Below are positions 45,471-56,605 of a stretch of 60,065 nucleotides of DNA, piece after piece. The stretch is taken from assembly GCA_001817065.1 (NCBI GenBank), contig MHHQ01000032.1:1-60065 (forward strand), in the 5' to 3' direction. The first letter of the stretch is position 1, and each line of letters opens with the position of its first letter. Source of the stretch: Candidatus Andersenbacteria bacterium RIFCSPHIGHO2_02_FULL_46_16 (lineage in GTDB: Bacteria; Patescibacteriota; Andersenbacteria; UBA10190). Both the position numbers and the translations under genes were made by a program. The notes under the pieces are model-generated. The model saw only the letters and a program-made list of their open reading frames with translations. It was not told where the DNA came from and ran no database searches.

Positions 45471-47228
45471 TTATAGGCTCACTTGGGATAGTTCCTGTCT
45501 TAAATCCTTAAACTTTCTTAATAACTCATTCCTTTCCTCAGTACCATCAGCTGCCAACTTCCGCTGCATAGTCGCCAGCTCACGTTCTAAAAAGTTTCGC
45601 TTAACCTTCCTAACCAAAGTCATTGCTTCCTTCTCAATACTTTCTTGTGAGTGTTGCGCCAATTCTTCACTCAAACGACGCAATCCTTCAGCCAAAGCTA
45701 ATTGATCAGCCGGTATCTTTTCTATCAATTGATCTGCTGTTAATTGGACCGCTATTTTATCCCCCGCCACCAGCCCATGAACTACGTTATACAACGCTTT
45801 TAGGTTATCAACAAGTATATATTCCTCCTTGACCTCATCCAGCACCATTTGCCTCACCGCCGGCCAGGCTAGCACAATACCCATTAACTGCTGCTCCGGT
45901 GAGATTAAAATATGCCTATTTGCCTCCGCCGGTTCATTTGCTGGCATTCCATACCCGCCCTGCTTCGCAGTTTGATCTAGTCTATCAATAACCATATATT
46001 CCGGCACATGTAAAATTTGCGCAATTTCCTGCACCATCTCCCCCAGATGCACCGGATTGGCTACCGCTTTTGCTATAGGTAATAACTCATCCAGACAACC
46101 TTCTATATCTCGCCCCTCGCTATGCTCCAGCCGATTCATTAAAGCCATGATAATTGATTGCGGTTCCCCAATGAGTTTCAGTAATTGCTCCTTATCAGCC
46201 AAAGCCATATCGGCCGGATCCGCACCACCCGGTAGCAAAATTAAACCGACTTTCATCCCTGCCGTCAATGCGTCCAGTGTGGCTGTTGTCGCTGCTTTCA
46301 CTCCAGGCGCATCCCCATCAAACAAAAAATGCAGATCATCAGTCAGTCGGCTGATTTGTCTTAGCGCTTCCTCCGTGAAAGCTGTACCGGAGCTGGCTAC
46401 TACATTTTTAATGCCGCTTTGCACCAGCATCACCACATCCATATACCCCTCCACTACAATGCAGGGTTGGCGCTGCCGCAAATTTTCCTTCGCCCGATTC
46501 AGGTTATAAACTATCCTTCTCTTCTCGTACAAACTCGTTTCTGGGGAATTGACATATTTACCCTCCTCACCGGTCGCGTGCCACGGTACAATTCTTCCCC
46601 CGAAAGCCACCACCCTATCCTGCAAATCCTCGATCGGAAAAATAATCCGTCCCCTAAACCGATCATACAACGTCCCTCGCGCACTCTCTCCCGCTACACC
46701 GGCCTCCAGCATTTCCCGCGGACTATAACCTTTGTGCCGCAAAAAATTCTGCAGAATATCCCAGCTCTTTGGAGCATAGCCAATACTAAATAATCTCATC
46801 GTCTCCTCCGTTACTCCTCGTTTTGCCAAGTACTCCTTGCTCTTTTTTCCAACTGACTGATTAATTAAAAGCTCATGATAAAACCGCGCCGTCAGCTCCA
46901 GTAGTTCATACAACCGCTGCCTTTTGTCACTGCTTCCCTTCGGCTGCTTTTTTAGCTCCACTCCTGCTCGGGCTGCCAGCATCTGCAAAGCCTCCCGAAA
47001 CTCAATTTGCTCGATAGTCTGAACAAAAGTTATTACATCCCCGCCTTTATTACACCCAAAACAGTGCCAAATCCCTTTACTTGGACTAACAATAAAAGAC
47101 GGTGTTTTCTCCTGGTGAAACGGGCACAACCCCTTAAAATGTTGGCCGACTTTTTTCAAAACCACCCGTTCTCCGACGATTTCCGCAATATCTAGCCGGT
47201 CTTTAATTATTTCCACTTCGTCACCCAT
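45471..47228 (-). CDS. dnaG: DNA primase
   Basis: Zinc ribbon CPFHQEKTPSF...CFGC; Toprim EGYMDV. Confidence 0.95.
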   Translation of the reverse strand: MGDEVEIIKDRLDIAEIVGERVVLKKVGQHFKGLCPFHQEKTPSFIVSPSKGIWHCFGCNKGGDVITFVQTIEQIEFREALQMLAARAGVELKKQPKGSSDKRQRLYELLELTARFYHELLINQSVGKKSKEYLAKRGVTEETMRLFSIGYAPKSWDILQNFLRHKGYSPREMLEAGVAGESARGTLYDRFRGRIIFPIEDLQDRVVAFGGRIVPWHATGEEGKYVNSPETSLYEKRRIVYNLNRAKENLRQRQPCIVVEGYMDVVMLVQSGIKNVVASSGTAFTEEALRQISRLTDDLHFLFDGDAPGVKAATTATLDALTAGMKVGLILLPGGADPADMALADKEQLLKLIGEPQSIIMALMNRLEHSEGRDIEGCLDELLPIAKAVANPVHLGEMVQEIAQILHVPEYMVIDRLDQTAKQGGYGMPANEPAEANRHILISPEQQLMGIVLAWPAVRQMVLDEVKEEYILVDNLKALYNVVHGLVAGDKIAVQLTADQLIEKIPADQLALAEGLRRLSEELAQHSQESIEKEAMTLVRKVKRNFLERELATMQRKLAADGTEERNELLRKFKDLRQELSQVSL

Positions 47229-47272
47229 CTTCTATAGTATTCACACTTACCGTATTCAATACAACGCTCCTT

Positions 47273-47821
47273 TCAATTGCTATTGTACTGTTCAATAAAA
47301 CTGCAGGGATCCTGCCACCATTTTGTCTTTGTTCTAAACTCTTCGATCCTTTTGTAGCCGGGCAAAACCACATCCCGCCAGGGACCACAGTAAATACCAA
47401 AATGTAAATGCGCTATTTCCCACCAGCCATTCTCCGGCGTCAATCGTTCTGCCACCACACCTAAAGTCTGTCCGCCGATTACAAAATCTCCTGTATTCAC
47501 CCGCAAATTCATTAGATGCCCGTAAACCGAATAGAATGTTTGAAAACCAGCACCATCTAGCTGATCGTTATTATGTCCCACCACCACTAACCCGCCCCAA
47601 TTCTTTTTCTTTTCACTCCCCGGACGTATCTCTGACCAAACTACTTCGCCATCCCCGATCGCCTTAACTTCCGTACCCACCACAGCCTGCACATCATCTC
47701 CTAAATGAGTAGCCCACAATAATATTTTGCGCCTCACTCGATCACGGAAATGATAACCGCCCACTTCATAGGGATCCACGGGTAGATTTAATTTAGGAGG
47801 AGAAGGGTATGCCATATGCAC
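47273..47821 (-). CDS. M23 family metallopeptidase
   Basis: HLGDD (HxxxD) and HLHFG (HxH). Confidence 0.8.
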   Translation of the reverse strand: MHMAYPSPPKLNLPVDPYEVGGYHFRDRVRRKILLWATHLGDDVQAVVGTEVKAIGDGEVVWSEIRPGSEKKKNWGGLVVVGHNNDQLDGAGFQTFYSVYGHLMNLRVNTGDFVIGGQTLGVVAERLTPENGWWEIAHLHFGIYCGPWRDVVLPGYKRIEEFRTKTKWWQDPCSFIEQYNSN

Positions 47822-47933
47822 TATCTACACTAAAATCATGCGTATTGCTATCCAGTTAACCTGCCTCATATTCATTCTCCCAGCATAAGACTCTGCCCGA
47901 TAAAGACAAACCTTATCTATCGCTAGAATATTT

Positions 47934-48794
47934 TTATTTTTGACAAACCGGACAATACACCGTACCGCGTCCACCGATCTTAACTCTCTTTAAAATCGTC
48001 TTGCATCGCACACACAGTTTCCCCGACCTGCCATATACTTTTAGCATTCTAACAAATTTACCCTCGCCGCCTAAGCCGTCCCGATAGCTATTAAATGTGG
48101 TTCCCCTTGCCGCGATTGCTCTTTTCAAAACATTAATGGCCGCTTTATGTAGTTTTACAATTTCCCTGTCTGTCACCTTATCCGCTCGGCGCATCGGCCG
48201 CACCCCCGCTAAAAAACATAGCTCATCTACATATATGTTACCCAGTCCAGCCACCCCCCGTTGATCTAATAAGACATTTTTCAAAGACGTTTTCCGTCCC
48301 CGTACCAGCCGTCGCAGCTTATCCGGCGTAAAGGCTTTGGATAACGGCTCTACCCCAAACCGCTTCACGACTTGTTCTAGCTGCTTGGCATTGACCAGCC
48401 GCATGTAACCAAACTGTCGCATATCATTAAAAAACAATCTCGCTCCATCCCCAAAAACTATCACCACGTGCGTGTACTTGTTAGGCAGTTCATCCCGCTT
48501 AACCCGCGGCTGACCATGACCGCCTCCTACTAATGTTTGTTTACTTTGATAGATCATCTGGCCAGTCATCTTCATATGTACCAACAACGACTTGTCGTCA
48601 GTCATTGAGAAAATTAGCAGCTTGCCCCGCCGCTTCACCCCCTGCACCAGTAATCCCCTCAAGTTTCGTTTAAACAGAGAAGTGCTGCCCCGCACCATTT
48701 TCTCCTTATTAACACTCACGTTTTTTACCCACTGACCACGTAGCAGCCGGTGTAAATCACGCCGCACAGTCTCCACCTCGGGTAATTCAGGCAT
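47934..48794 (-). CDS. mutM: formamidopyrimidine-DNA glycosylase
   Basis: MPELPEVE N-terminus, C-terminal CxxC...CxxC zinc finger. Confidence 0.95.
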   Translation of the reverse strand: MPELPEVETVRRDLHRLLRGQWVKNVSVNKEKMVRGSTSLFKRNLRGLLVQGVKRRGKLLIFSMTDDKSLLVHMKMTGQMIYQSKQTLVGGGHGQPRVKRDELPNKYTHVVIVFGDGARLFFNDMRQFGYMRLVNAKQLEQVVKRFGVEPLSKAFTPDKLRRLVRGRKTSLKNVLLDQRGVAGLGNIYVDELCFLAGVRPMRRADKVTDREIVKLHKAAINVLKRAIAARGTTFNSYRDGLGGEGKFVRMLKVYGRSGKLCVRCKTILKRVKIGGRGTVYCPVCQK

Positions 48795-49265
48795 ATAAAC
48801 TTGTTAACCTAACTTGATCCAACATAATAAAAAGTTAATCACCCCCCACTATACGAAAAACGCGTCTGGCCGTCCAACTGTCTCCTGCCTTACCCCGCGC
48901 TGGCTCTCTGCACTTCTTTCCCACTCCAGCATCCACGGCGTACGGCGTGAGTTCAACCTATTGTGTTATAAACTATTCAGTACGCAGTTAACTGTGGCAG
49001 AAAAAACCGTGATCGGTATTAATATTTTTTTGCTGTTCATCCTGCTCTTTATTCTTACCGCGCATTTTATAGTCGTAAAAAGTGGCATCGATCTTCGTAG
49101 CCGCCTTTCTCCTTCCCCCTACACCGCCCCAACAAAGCCTGACGCATCGAATAATGAGATCGATCCGTCATTGGACTCCAGGACTGACCCGCTAGTCGAC
49201 GTACCCCAACCAACCAAAGAGGAGGAAGTTAGTGCCGATCAACCGCGCGCATTAGACAATTAGAA

Positions 49266-50495
49266 AAGGTTACCGAAACCATCTCGTAACAACTCCTGCT
49301 ACCCGCGTCTAGCAATGTTAAAGATCTTACTCACCAGCGTATCAATTTCTTTGCGTAACACCAATGGGTTCAAGACTTCTTTTAAGGCAGTGAGCTCAGC
49401 TTTCACCTCATCACTAATCCTCTCGTCCGCCAGCGCGCGTTGGTACGGCGTCTGTGGTATGTCATACGTCCGGATATACCGTGAGCCAACTCGCTTCTTG
49501 GCAACACACTTCATCGTGGGCTGAAAGAAGTTCACAAACAAGCGCCAGGGTCCGGCATAGAGTTCGTTCATGAGCGTGATGGCTGCTGCCGTTTCAATAC
49601 GCGTGTACCCCAGGACTTTTCTAACTACCGTGTAATTCTTCTGCTCGATATGCGCATTGTCGTTTTTGTGATTGGGCCGTGAGCGGGTGAGCGCAATACC
49701 CTCGACATCACACCACGCTTTGCAGTGCCAGTTAATGAATTCGCTGCCAGTATCAGGATCCAATCCCAGCAGTGTCCAAGGCAGCCGCTCCCAAATGGTC
49801 TTAATACTTTCTAATGTCCGTTGCTGTCCCTTGTTTAATTGAGCCGTACATTCCGCCCACGTCGTCGTAATATCGGTGTAATTGACCGTGTAAGCCATGT
49901 TTCCGAGCAAGGTTGAGCCGCAGTGGACGACGGTATCAATCTCTCCAAAACCAGGGGCGGGATTATTCCAGGGTCCGCGACGAATGGGGATGATCTCTTT
50001 TAACTGAGATGGTTTGGTGGTGCTCTTCCCGCGGGGGTGCCGGGCTTTCTTGAAGCCGGCGATCCGATCTTTCATAGTGCCCATACTCATGTGCCGCAGT
50101 AGCCTAGTTGTTGCCGGAGTGTGCCGCCACATGCCGTCGCGCATGAGCGGTTCCAGGTAATCGGGGATGATTGGCTTAAGCCGCTCCGCACACAGCATAC
50201 CGCTCATCTCCCAAAGTTCTTCTAGGGCAGCTGTTACGGCGGGGCCGTACCTGGTTTTAGGGCCACGTTTACGAGATGGGCGGAGCGGATCTCTCATCTG
50301 CTCACGCTTCAAAGCACGCAGTACCGCTTTGCGGTGCATACCGGTATTGGCAGCTAATTCATCAAGGATTTTGGTTTTCGTGTGTTTGTCTGCCCCGAGG
50401 TAACGCTTCAGGGCGGCGCGTAAAAGTTCTTGTTTGGTAGTCATCGTCATAGGCTGACGATGGTAACAGGAATTACTGTCTAACCGAGAGAGCTA
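49266..50495. mobile_element. IS element with imperfect terminal inverted repeats (AAGGTTACCG core)
   Basis: AAGGTTACCGaAaCcaTCTCG at 49266-49286 versus the reverse complement at about 50475-50495 (10 core bp perfect, about 17/21 overall). Confidence 0.6.
49299..50450 (-). CDS. DDE (rve-type integrase core) transposase
   Basis: GEIDTV..., LDPDTGSEF..., NAHIEQKN (D, D, E) with an N-terminal HTH. Confidence 0.8.
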   Translation of the reverse strand: MTMTTKQELLRAALKRYLGADKHTKTKILDELAANTGMHRKAVLRALKREQMRDPLRPSRKRGPKTRYGPAVTAALEELWEMSGMLCAERLKPIIPDYLEPLMRDGMWRHTPATTRLLRHMSMGTMKDRIAGFKKARHPRGKSTTKPSQLKEIIPIRRGPWNNPAPGFGEIDTVVHCGSTLLGNMAYTVNYTDITTTWAECTAQLNKGQQRTLESIKTIWERLPWTLLGLDPDTGSEFINWHCKAWCDVEGIALTRSRPNHKNDNAHIEQKNYTVVRKVLGYTRIETAAAITLMNELYAGPWRLFVNFFQPTMKCVAKKRVGSRYIRTYDIPQTPYQRALADERISDEVKAELTALKEVLNPLVLRKEIDTLVSKIFNIARRG

Positions 50496-50526
50496 CGGTA
50501 ACCTTACTTACATCTCACCACCGTCT

Positions 50527-51618
50527 CTAAGTTTCTGCTCCAATTCGCTTATTCTCTGCTTCAATATAGCCCCTTATCTCTACAGGAGCCTTTACTAACA
50601 GTATTTCTGTCCACAGGTACGCTAACATGGATTCCGCCCCTCTATGCTTATTGACCCCGACAGTAAATAAGCCATCGTAACTAGCACCTTCTTTAATATC
50701 AGCCAGCGCCACCTTGCCCGTATTATGACCAAAAAACCATAGATACGGCGCTGCAACCTGCTCATCTGAAACGCGATCAGGATAAAGCCTGTAATAATCT
50801 AAAAGCCAATCAAACATTAACCCTGCTTCAATTGGCTGCTGATTATTCAATGATGGCTTACCGGCCTTCGCATACCAGCCATCGCTGCCAATCGGAATAA
50901 ACATATTATCGCGTATAGTAGAAGCAATTAAAAAACTGGCACCTTCTTCCAAGATGATGTCCTGTATGTTCCCATCAGGCTTCGGAGTTAATCTCAATAA
51001 AGCGTGTAAAAACAAGGCATTAGCATAAGTCATAACCGGCTCAAACCACGGCCATGTTGATGCTGCATTGCTCTGCCATAAACCCACTAAAGCCTTATAA
51101 CCTTTTTCTTGCAACCCCCTCACATACTTTGGCGCTTCACCAGCTTCAACAAACGCGGACCAAGCTATCAACGTTTCCGCCCATGCTCGTGGTGCGGTAA
51201 ATCTGCCTACTCGTTCCACCAAACTATCCAACATTTGCCTTGCCTCCCTGCAGCGCTGCACGTTCGTATCATGAATAATTACTTCAACACAGCAGCGTGC
51301 CACGCGCGCATACATGTCTTCCGATTCAGATTTCCTCGGTAGCCAGCGTCCGTCAACGTCCCGAAAGTTAATATAACTGCCTGGAGTGACCTGTGCATCA
51401 CGCAAAAACTGCCAACACGCCGCCAAAAAATTTTCTGCTTCCAACCGTTGCGAACCGGTTAATAAAGGCACCAGATGTACCAATAATTGAACTGCCCGCG
51501 CGTTGTCATCCGTGCAATATCCCTCGGACAATAAAGGATTATACGTATCAGCATGCTGGTATAATCCGTAAGACCCCATCAATCTGCTAAAATGCTTCAA
51601 CGAGAAATGAGCTTGCAT
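50527..51618 (-). CDS. hypothetical protein, possibly an alpha/alpha-barrel glycan-active enzyme
   Basis: No motif recognised; placed next to the GT4/GH130 genes. Confidence 0.4.
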   Translation of the reverse strand: MQAHFSLKHFSRLMGSYGLYQHADTYNPLLSEGYCTDDNARAVQLLVHLVPLLTGSQRLEAENFLAACWQFLRDAQVTPGSYINFRDVDGRWLPRKSESEDMYARVARCCVEVIIHDTNVQRCREARQMLDSLVERVGRFTAPRAWAETLIAWSAFVEAGEAPKYVRGLQEKGYKALVGLWQSNAASTWPWFEPVMTYANALFLHALLRLTPKPDGNIQDIILEEGASFLIASTIRDNMFIPIGSDGWYAKAGKPSLNNQQPIEAGLMFDWLLDYYRLYPDRVSDEQVAAPYLWFFGHNTGKVALADIKEGASYDGLFTVGVNKHRGAESMLAYLWTEILLVKAPVEIRGYIEAENKRIGAET

Positions 51619-51684
51619 AATACTACCGAGTATGGTAAATATAATTAGTTATATTGTCAAGCTACCACAACGTTTAGATTTCCC

Positions 51685-52935
51685 ATGCGCAGCATACAAC
51701 ACATTCTCACCCGCCAACAGAAACCACTAAATGTCATTTATGTATCCTCATACATCCCTCGTAAGTGTGGTATTGCTACTTACACTAAAGATCTGACTAA
51801 TGCGATCAATCTCATAAACTCTCATTCACTCGCGGAACTTCTTGTCGTTACCCCTTCGCATGAACATGATCTTCTAGACTATCCATGGGAAGCTAAATAC
51901 AAAATTAGACGAGACAACCTGGCTGACTATATAGCTGCGGCGGAATACGTCAACTCATCCCATGCCGACCTTGTGATGTTAGAACATGAGTTTGGTTTGT
52001 TTGGTGGCGAGTCCGGCGAATTCATTGTCCACTTCGCTGAAGCTCTCAATAAACCTCTCATCACTACTTTTCATACCGTACCTTCGAAGTACACTAGTGC
52101 GATGGCTAAAGTTTTACGAAGACTTGGTAAAAAATCAAGTGCCGTTACCGTCATGATGGATAATGTCGCCGATGAGTTAATCGGCCACTATCACATACCC
52201 CAGCGCAAAGTCGTCATTATCCCGCATGGAGTACCAGACTTACCTTTCAATTCGACCGAAAAGTATAAAGCGAAAAGGCGGCTCAGCGGCCGAATAGTTT
52301 TGGGTAACATCAACCTGCTTCATCACAACAAAGGTATTGAGTATGCCCTGGAAGCTGTCGCGTCAATTGCGCAGCACCATCCCGAAGTAATTTATGTCTG
52401 TATCGGTCAAACCCACCCCGAGGTCTTGCGGAAAGAAGGGGAGACCTATCGTAATTATCTAAAAAAACGTGTCCGTGAATTGAACATTAAAAAAAATGTT
52501 TTATTTATCAATAAATACTTGTCATTAAAAGAGCTTACCGAATGGCTTAAACTTATTGATATTTACATCACGCCCTATCTGGATCCCCAGCAAATTGCAT
52601 CTGGCGCGTTGGCGTACGCTATTGGCGCAGGCAAAGCTTGTGTTTCTACTCCCTATTTATATGCCAAAGAAGTCTTAGCCGATGGACGAGGCCTATTAGT
52701 ACCATGGCGAGACTCAGTCGCCTTAGCCAATACCGTCAATGAACTGTTAAGCAACCCTACTAAAAAACTGGAGATCGAAAGGAATGCTTATCAATACGGC
52801 CGTCTCATGACCTGGTCGCATGTTGGCAGTCAGCACCTAAATCTTTTCCACACTATTCTAGCCAGGACACCGCTTAAGCTGCCAGCAGTTTCTGATATAC
52901 CCCAAGATATCCCTCAACCATCTTCTCCACACTAA
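51685..52935 (+). CDS. GT4 family glycosyltransferase
   Basis: GT-B pattern; C-terminal E..G..LVP region. Confidence 0.75.
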   Translation: MRSIQHILTRQQKPLNVIYVSSYIPRKCGIATYTKDLTNAINLINSHSLAELLVVTPSHEHDLLDYPWEAKYKIRRDNLADYIAAAEYVNSSHADLVMLEHEFGLFGGESGEFIVHFAEALNKPLITTFHTVPSKYTSAMAKVLRRLGKKSSAVTVMMDNVADELIGHYHIPQRKVVIIPHGVPDLPFNSTEKYKAKRRLSGRIVLGNINLLHHNKGIEYALEAVASIAQHHPEVIYVCIGQTHPEVLRKEGETYRNYLKKRVRELNIKKNVLFINKYLSLKELTEWLKLIDIYITPYLDPQQIASGALAYAIGAGKACVSTPYLYAKEVLADGRGLLVPWRDSVALANTVNELLSNPTKKLEIERNAYQYGRLMTWSHVGSQHLNLFHTILARTPLKLPAVSDIPQDIPQPSSPH

Positions 52936-53881
52936 AATTATCCGCCACGTGCCTTCGGCAAGTTTCTCGATCAATCGACTTTATCCGACCAACCGCCGTC
53001 ACCGCTTCTTCCAAGGTTTGTACTAAAAATCCCGTAGCGCCGTCTTTAATTATTTCCGGCATACTGCCACGCGTCATAGCAATAACCGGCGTACCGCATG
53101 CCATCGCTTCAACCGGTGCTAGACCAAAAGGTTCATCAAAGTTAATTAAATGCAGCAACGCAATCGCATCTCCCAGTAGACGATCTCGCTCCTTTGGCCC
53201 CGCGTTTCCCACATAACGAATCTGCTGACCGTCAATCAATGGCTTTATTTCCTCCTCAAAATACTTCTTCTCCGGCGTAATCCCGGCCAACACTAAAGGC
53301 AGTTTCGTCTGCAATGCCACCTCAATCGCTTCCCGCGCTCCTTTGTCATGACTTATCCGACCAAAAAAAACCAAATACTGACCTGGTTCACTTTTGAAGG
53401 TAAATTGATTTAGATCAATGCCATGATATACCGTGGCGGCATATTTCAATTCCGGATGACGATCAGCAGTACTAATTGACACATATGCTACCCGATCATT
53501 GTATTTTTTATATGCAGGCAATATCTCTGCTGAGGAAAGACCATGAATAGTCGTCACCACCGGTACCGACACCAGACGACTATAAGTCAATGGTTGCCAA
53601 TCGTAGTGACTGTGAATTAGATCAAACTCATTCGCATGTTCAAAGGCTTCAGCTATATGCAAAACCTCCCAAACGCGAGCTCCTAGTGTACGCCCCTCTC
53701 CTACCGTGTCGGCGATAGCATGCAGCCGGCCCTTAGTTAGTGAATCACGACTAGCAAAAAGTGTGACATCCACGCCTTGCTTAACCAAACCTTCGGTAAT
53801 CAACGAAGCCACCAGCTCCCATGGACCATAGTGCTGCGGTGGTGTGCGCCAATGTATCGGCGCTAACATTGCTACTCGCAT
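52874..53881 (-). CDS. GT4 family glycosyltransferase
   Basis: MRVAMLAP...PPQHYGPWE; EPFGLAPVEAMACGTPV. Confidence 0.85.
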   Translation of the reverse strand: MRVAMLAPIHWRTPPQHYGPWELVASLITEGLVKQGVDVTLFASRDSLTKGRLHAIADTVGEGRTLGARVWEVLHIAEAFEHANEFDLIHSHYDWQPLTYSRLVSVPVVTTIHGLSSAEILPAYKKYNDRVAYVSISTADRHPELKYAATVYHGIDLNQFTFKSEPGQYLVFFGRISHDKGAREAIEVALQTKLPLVLAGITPEKKYFEEEIKPLIDGQQIRYVGNAGPKERDRLLGDAIALLHLINFDEPFGLAPVEAMACGTPVIAMTRGSMPEIIKDGATGFLVQTLEEAVTAVGRIKSIDRETCRRHVADNFSVEKMVEGYLGVYQKLLAA

Positions 53882-53882
53882 T

Positions 53883-54866
53883 TCACCAAATATCTTTTAA
53901 AGGTAAGACAGCTCGCCCCGTCACATAATCCGCTGCCCCATAGTAAATCCACAACTCATCATTCTTGACTACTGCTCCGCAAGAATAAACCACATTTGGC
54001 ACATACCCTTTCTTCTCCCAAGCCCTTTCTGGTTCGAGAATAGGACTAGAGTACCAAAGTAGCTTTGTCGGAGCATATCGATCCAGCAGCATCAAACCCA
54101 ACCGATAATGTCCTTGCTGATCAACCGCATGATATATCAAGAGATACCCTTGTTCACAAATTATTGGCTGTGAGCCCAAGCCAATCTTGTTCGATTGCCA
54201 CACTTCCGGTACCGGCCAAGTAATGGTTTGTGTATCGAACCAACTCATAAAATCATAAGTAAACGCCAACTTAAGCTCATGACGCTGCCGATAATAAAGA
54301 CCGAATGCTCCATTAATCTTTTCCGGCAACAGACAGCCATTCTTCGCTGGCACTTCTGGCAAAATTACATCATGCCGCACAAAACTTTTGAAATCTTTAG
54401 TCGTATGCATAGCGATCCTGACCCGCCATGGAATATAGTCCATCACCCCGCTAATATCCGAAACCGTACCCACCGCATGATATGAAGCAGCTGTATGAAC
54501 AATATAGTAAGTTCCATCAATCTCGGTAATACGAGGGTCTTCTATCCCTAACCGCTCATCCATATCCGTCGGATCTGTGTCGACCGCCGGTAATTCATAG
54601 CGGGTGAAATGGACACCATCATCACTCTTCGCTATACCTAATCGTGAAATTCTAAACTCGTCATAGGCGCGATAAATTAAAACTACTTTGTTATCATAAA
54701 TAGCTACCCCAGGATTAAAAGTGCCTTTCTTTTCCCACCAATACTGATTACCCTGACGTGGAGCAATAATCGGCTCATCCGGCTCCCGTTGCGCCTTTGG
54801 CAATACACGATAAGTCGCTGCTTCAGCTTTCCCTTCTTCCTTTAATTCTCCTGGATCAAAAGCCAT
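53883..54866 (-). CDS. GH130 family glycoside phosphorylase/hydrolase (DUF377)
   Basis: FNPGVAIYDNKVVLIYRA, EDPRITEIDG, YYGAAD. Confidence 0.8.
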   Translation of the reverse strand: MAFDPGELKEEGKAEAATYRVLPKAQREPDEPIIAPRQGNQYWWEKKGTFNPGVAIYDNKVVLIYRAYDEFRISRLGIAKSDDGVHFTRYELPAVDTDPTDMDERLGIEDPRITEIDGTYYIVHTAASYHAVGTVSDISGVMDYIPWRVRIAMHTTKDFKSFVRHDVILPEVPAKNGCLLPEKINGAFGLYYRQRHELKLAFTYDFMSWFDTQTITWPVPEVWQSNKIGLGSQPIICEQGYLLIYHAVDQQGHYRLGLMLLDRYAPTKLLWYSSPILEPERAWEKKGYVPNVVYSCGAVVKNDELWIYYGAADYVTGRAVLPLKDIW

Positions 54867-55021
54867 TAACTCATATTAACAATCTCAAGGTGCTTAGCAA
54901 CTACCCATCCCCCTTGGGGAAAAGGCCAGCACTCCCCATCCACTACCTGACTTATCGCTAACTTTGCTGCCAAATAATCAACACCCCTTCAATGCGTGCT
55001 GACGAAAATATTTTATTCCCA

Positions 55022-56359
55022 CTAAGCAATCACTTGTGGTATCACATCCCGTTTAAGCAACCAAGCCAAGATTATTGGCGGCACCACTGTGCTGACAATA
55101 ATCATAATCACGATAACCGAAAACAAATCGTCTGTTACCACTCCCAATGACCGGCCGATGGTGGCGAAAATAAGTCCTACCTCGCCGCGCGGCACCATTC
55201 CCCAACCCACTAGCCATTTCCTAACATCGCCAGCTACTGCTCCGGCTACAATTTTCCCAGCGAAGGCTACTACCGTAATTCCTAACGCAACCAGTAAAAC
55301 CGGACCATTCATCAGCGTTTCCAATTTAACTCCCATACCCGTCACGATGAAGAAGATAGGTACCAAGAAATAACCCAGTGGCTCAATTAGTGATTCGATA
55401 TTTCGCTCACCTTTGAAAAACCGAAAGTGAACCGGATCTAGCACTAGTCCTGCCGCAAACGCACCCACAATCGGCGCCAAACCGATCAAGCTAGCTATCC
55501 AAGCCAAAATTAAGCCAAAACTAATAGCTAATGTAAACTTCATGCCGCTGCCACTATGAATCCGGGAAAAAAGCTGGCCTAATCGAGGCGCAATTATTTG
55601 CCCTAGCACAATAGAGCCCACCAAAAAAAGGACTGCTTTCCCCGTAATTATACTGATCGCTCCAACACTGATAGCACCCACTGTCACAATAGCTGAAACT
55701 ACCGCGAGTATTATCAATCCCAAGACATCATCAATCACCGCTGCCCCTAATACTATCTGCGCTTCAGGCAAATCAAGCTTTTTCAAATCCTGAAAAACAC
55801 GCGCTGTGATTCCCACCGATGTGGCCGTCAACGCAGCCCCCAAAAACAGATAAGCGCTCGATGATAATCCCGGCATCAGCCACGGCCCCACCACATACGT
55901 TCCCAAAACAAATGGCACCACCACGCCAACACAAGCCACCAAGAATGCCCGAACCCCGACTGCGCCTAACTTCTTAATATTGGATTCCAAACCAATCTGA
56001 AACAACAGAATTACAACACCCAATTCAGCCAAGAAAGCAATAATCGGATCATGCATGATTGGCTCAAACATATGCAAACCCAGCATACCCAGGTTTCCTA
56101 ACACCACCCCGGCTAGCAATTCTCCCAGCACCGCTGGCTGCCCAAAACGTTCTACCAAACTGGAAAACTTAGCCACTAATAAAAGGATTGCAATCCACAG
56201 GAAAATTACCGCCGACGCCCCATGCGCGGGAGTGGACCCATCCTCGGGCAGAGAAAACGCGGCCGCCATGGCCAGCACTACCAATATTATTCCCAAATAA
56301 AACAATACTAGCGAACGCGAACCTACTTTACTTTGCGTAATCGAATCCAGTGACTTCAT
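55022..56359 (-). CDS. cation:proton antiporter (CPA2 family)
   Basis: About 12 TM; Kef/NapA-like LGELLAGVVLG N-terminus. Confidence 0.85.
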   Translation of the reverse strand: MKSLDSITQSKVGSRSLVLFYLGIILVVLAMAAAFSLPEDGSTPAHGASAVIFLWIAILLLVAKFSSLVERFGQPAVLGELLAGVVLGNLGMLGLHMFEPIMHDPIIAFLAELGVVILLFQIGLESNIKKLGAVGVRAFLVACVGVVVPFVLGTYVVGPWLMPGLSSSAYLFLGAALTATSVGITARVFQDLKKLDLPEAQIVLGAAVIDDVLGLIILAVVSAIVTVGAISVGAISIITGKAVLFLVGSIVLGQIIAPRLGQLFSRIHSGSGMKFTLAISFGLILAWIASLIGLAPIVGAFAAGLVLDPVHFRFFKGERNIESLIEPLGYFLVPIFFIVTGMGVKLETLMNGPVLLVALGITVVAFAGKIVAGAVAGDVRKWLVGWGMVPRGEVGLIFATIGRSLGVVTDDLFSVIVIMIIVSTVVPPIILAWLLKRDVIPQVIA

Positions 56360-56447
56360 TTAAATAACTAATTTTCGAATTACATTAGCGTAGACGGATA
56401 AATGAGATTGTCAATAATCACAATTATTTCTTTCTTCCCCGCCAATA

Positions 56448-56470
56448 TAAAAAGACGGACCATGTCCGCC
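56448..56470 (-). terminator. rho-independent terminator
   Basis: Minus strand GGCGGAC-ATG-GTCCGTC followed by TTTTTAT. Confidence 0.5.
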
Positions 56471-56605
56471 TACGCCCACCATCGGCGGGGCGAAAGCGGG
56501 ACAGATGAGTCAAGAACCAAATTGTAACAAGGTATCGAGGAGTTTTGAAAAGGTTCTTTGAGCGGGGGTTCAAAAGGCATGTCTCGTGTCTTATTTCAGG
56601 GAAAA

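Noticed and set aside
48814-49263. 149-aa plus-strand ORF beside the IS
   Set aside because: It has one hydrophobic segment and a proline/serine-rich tail, with no motif and an uncertain start. It is left uncalled.
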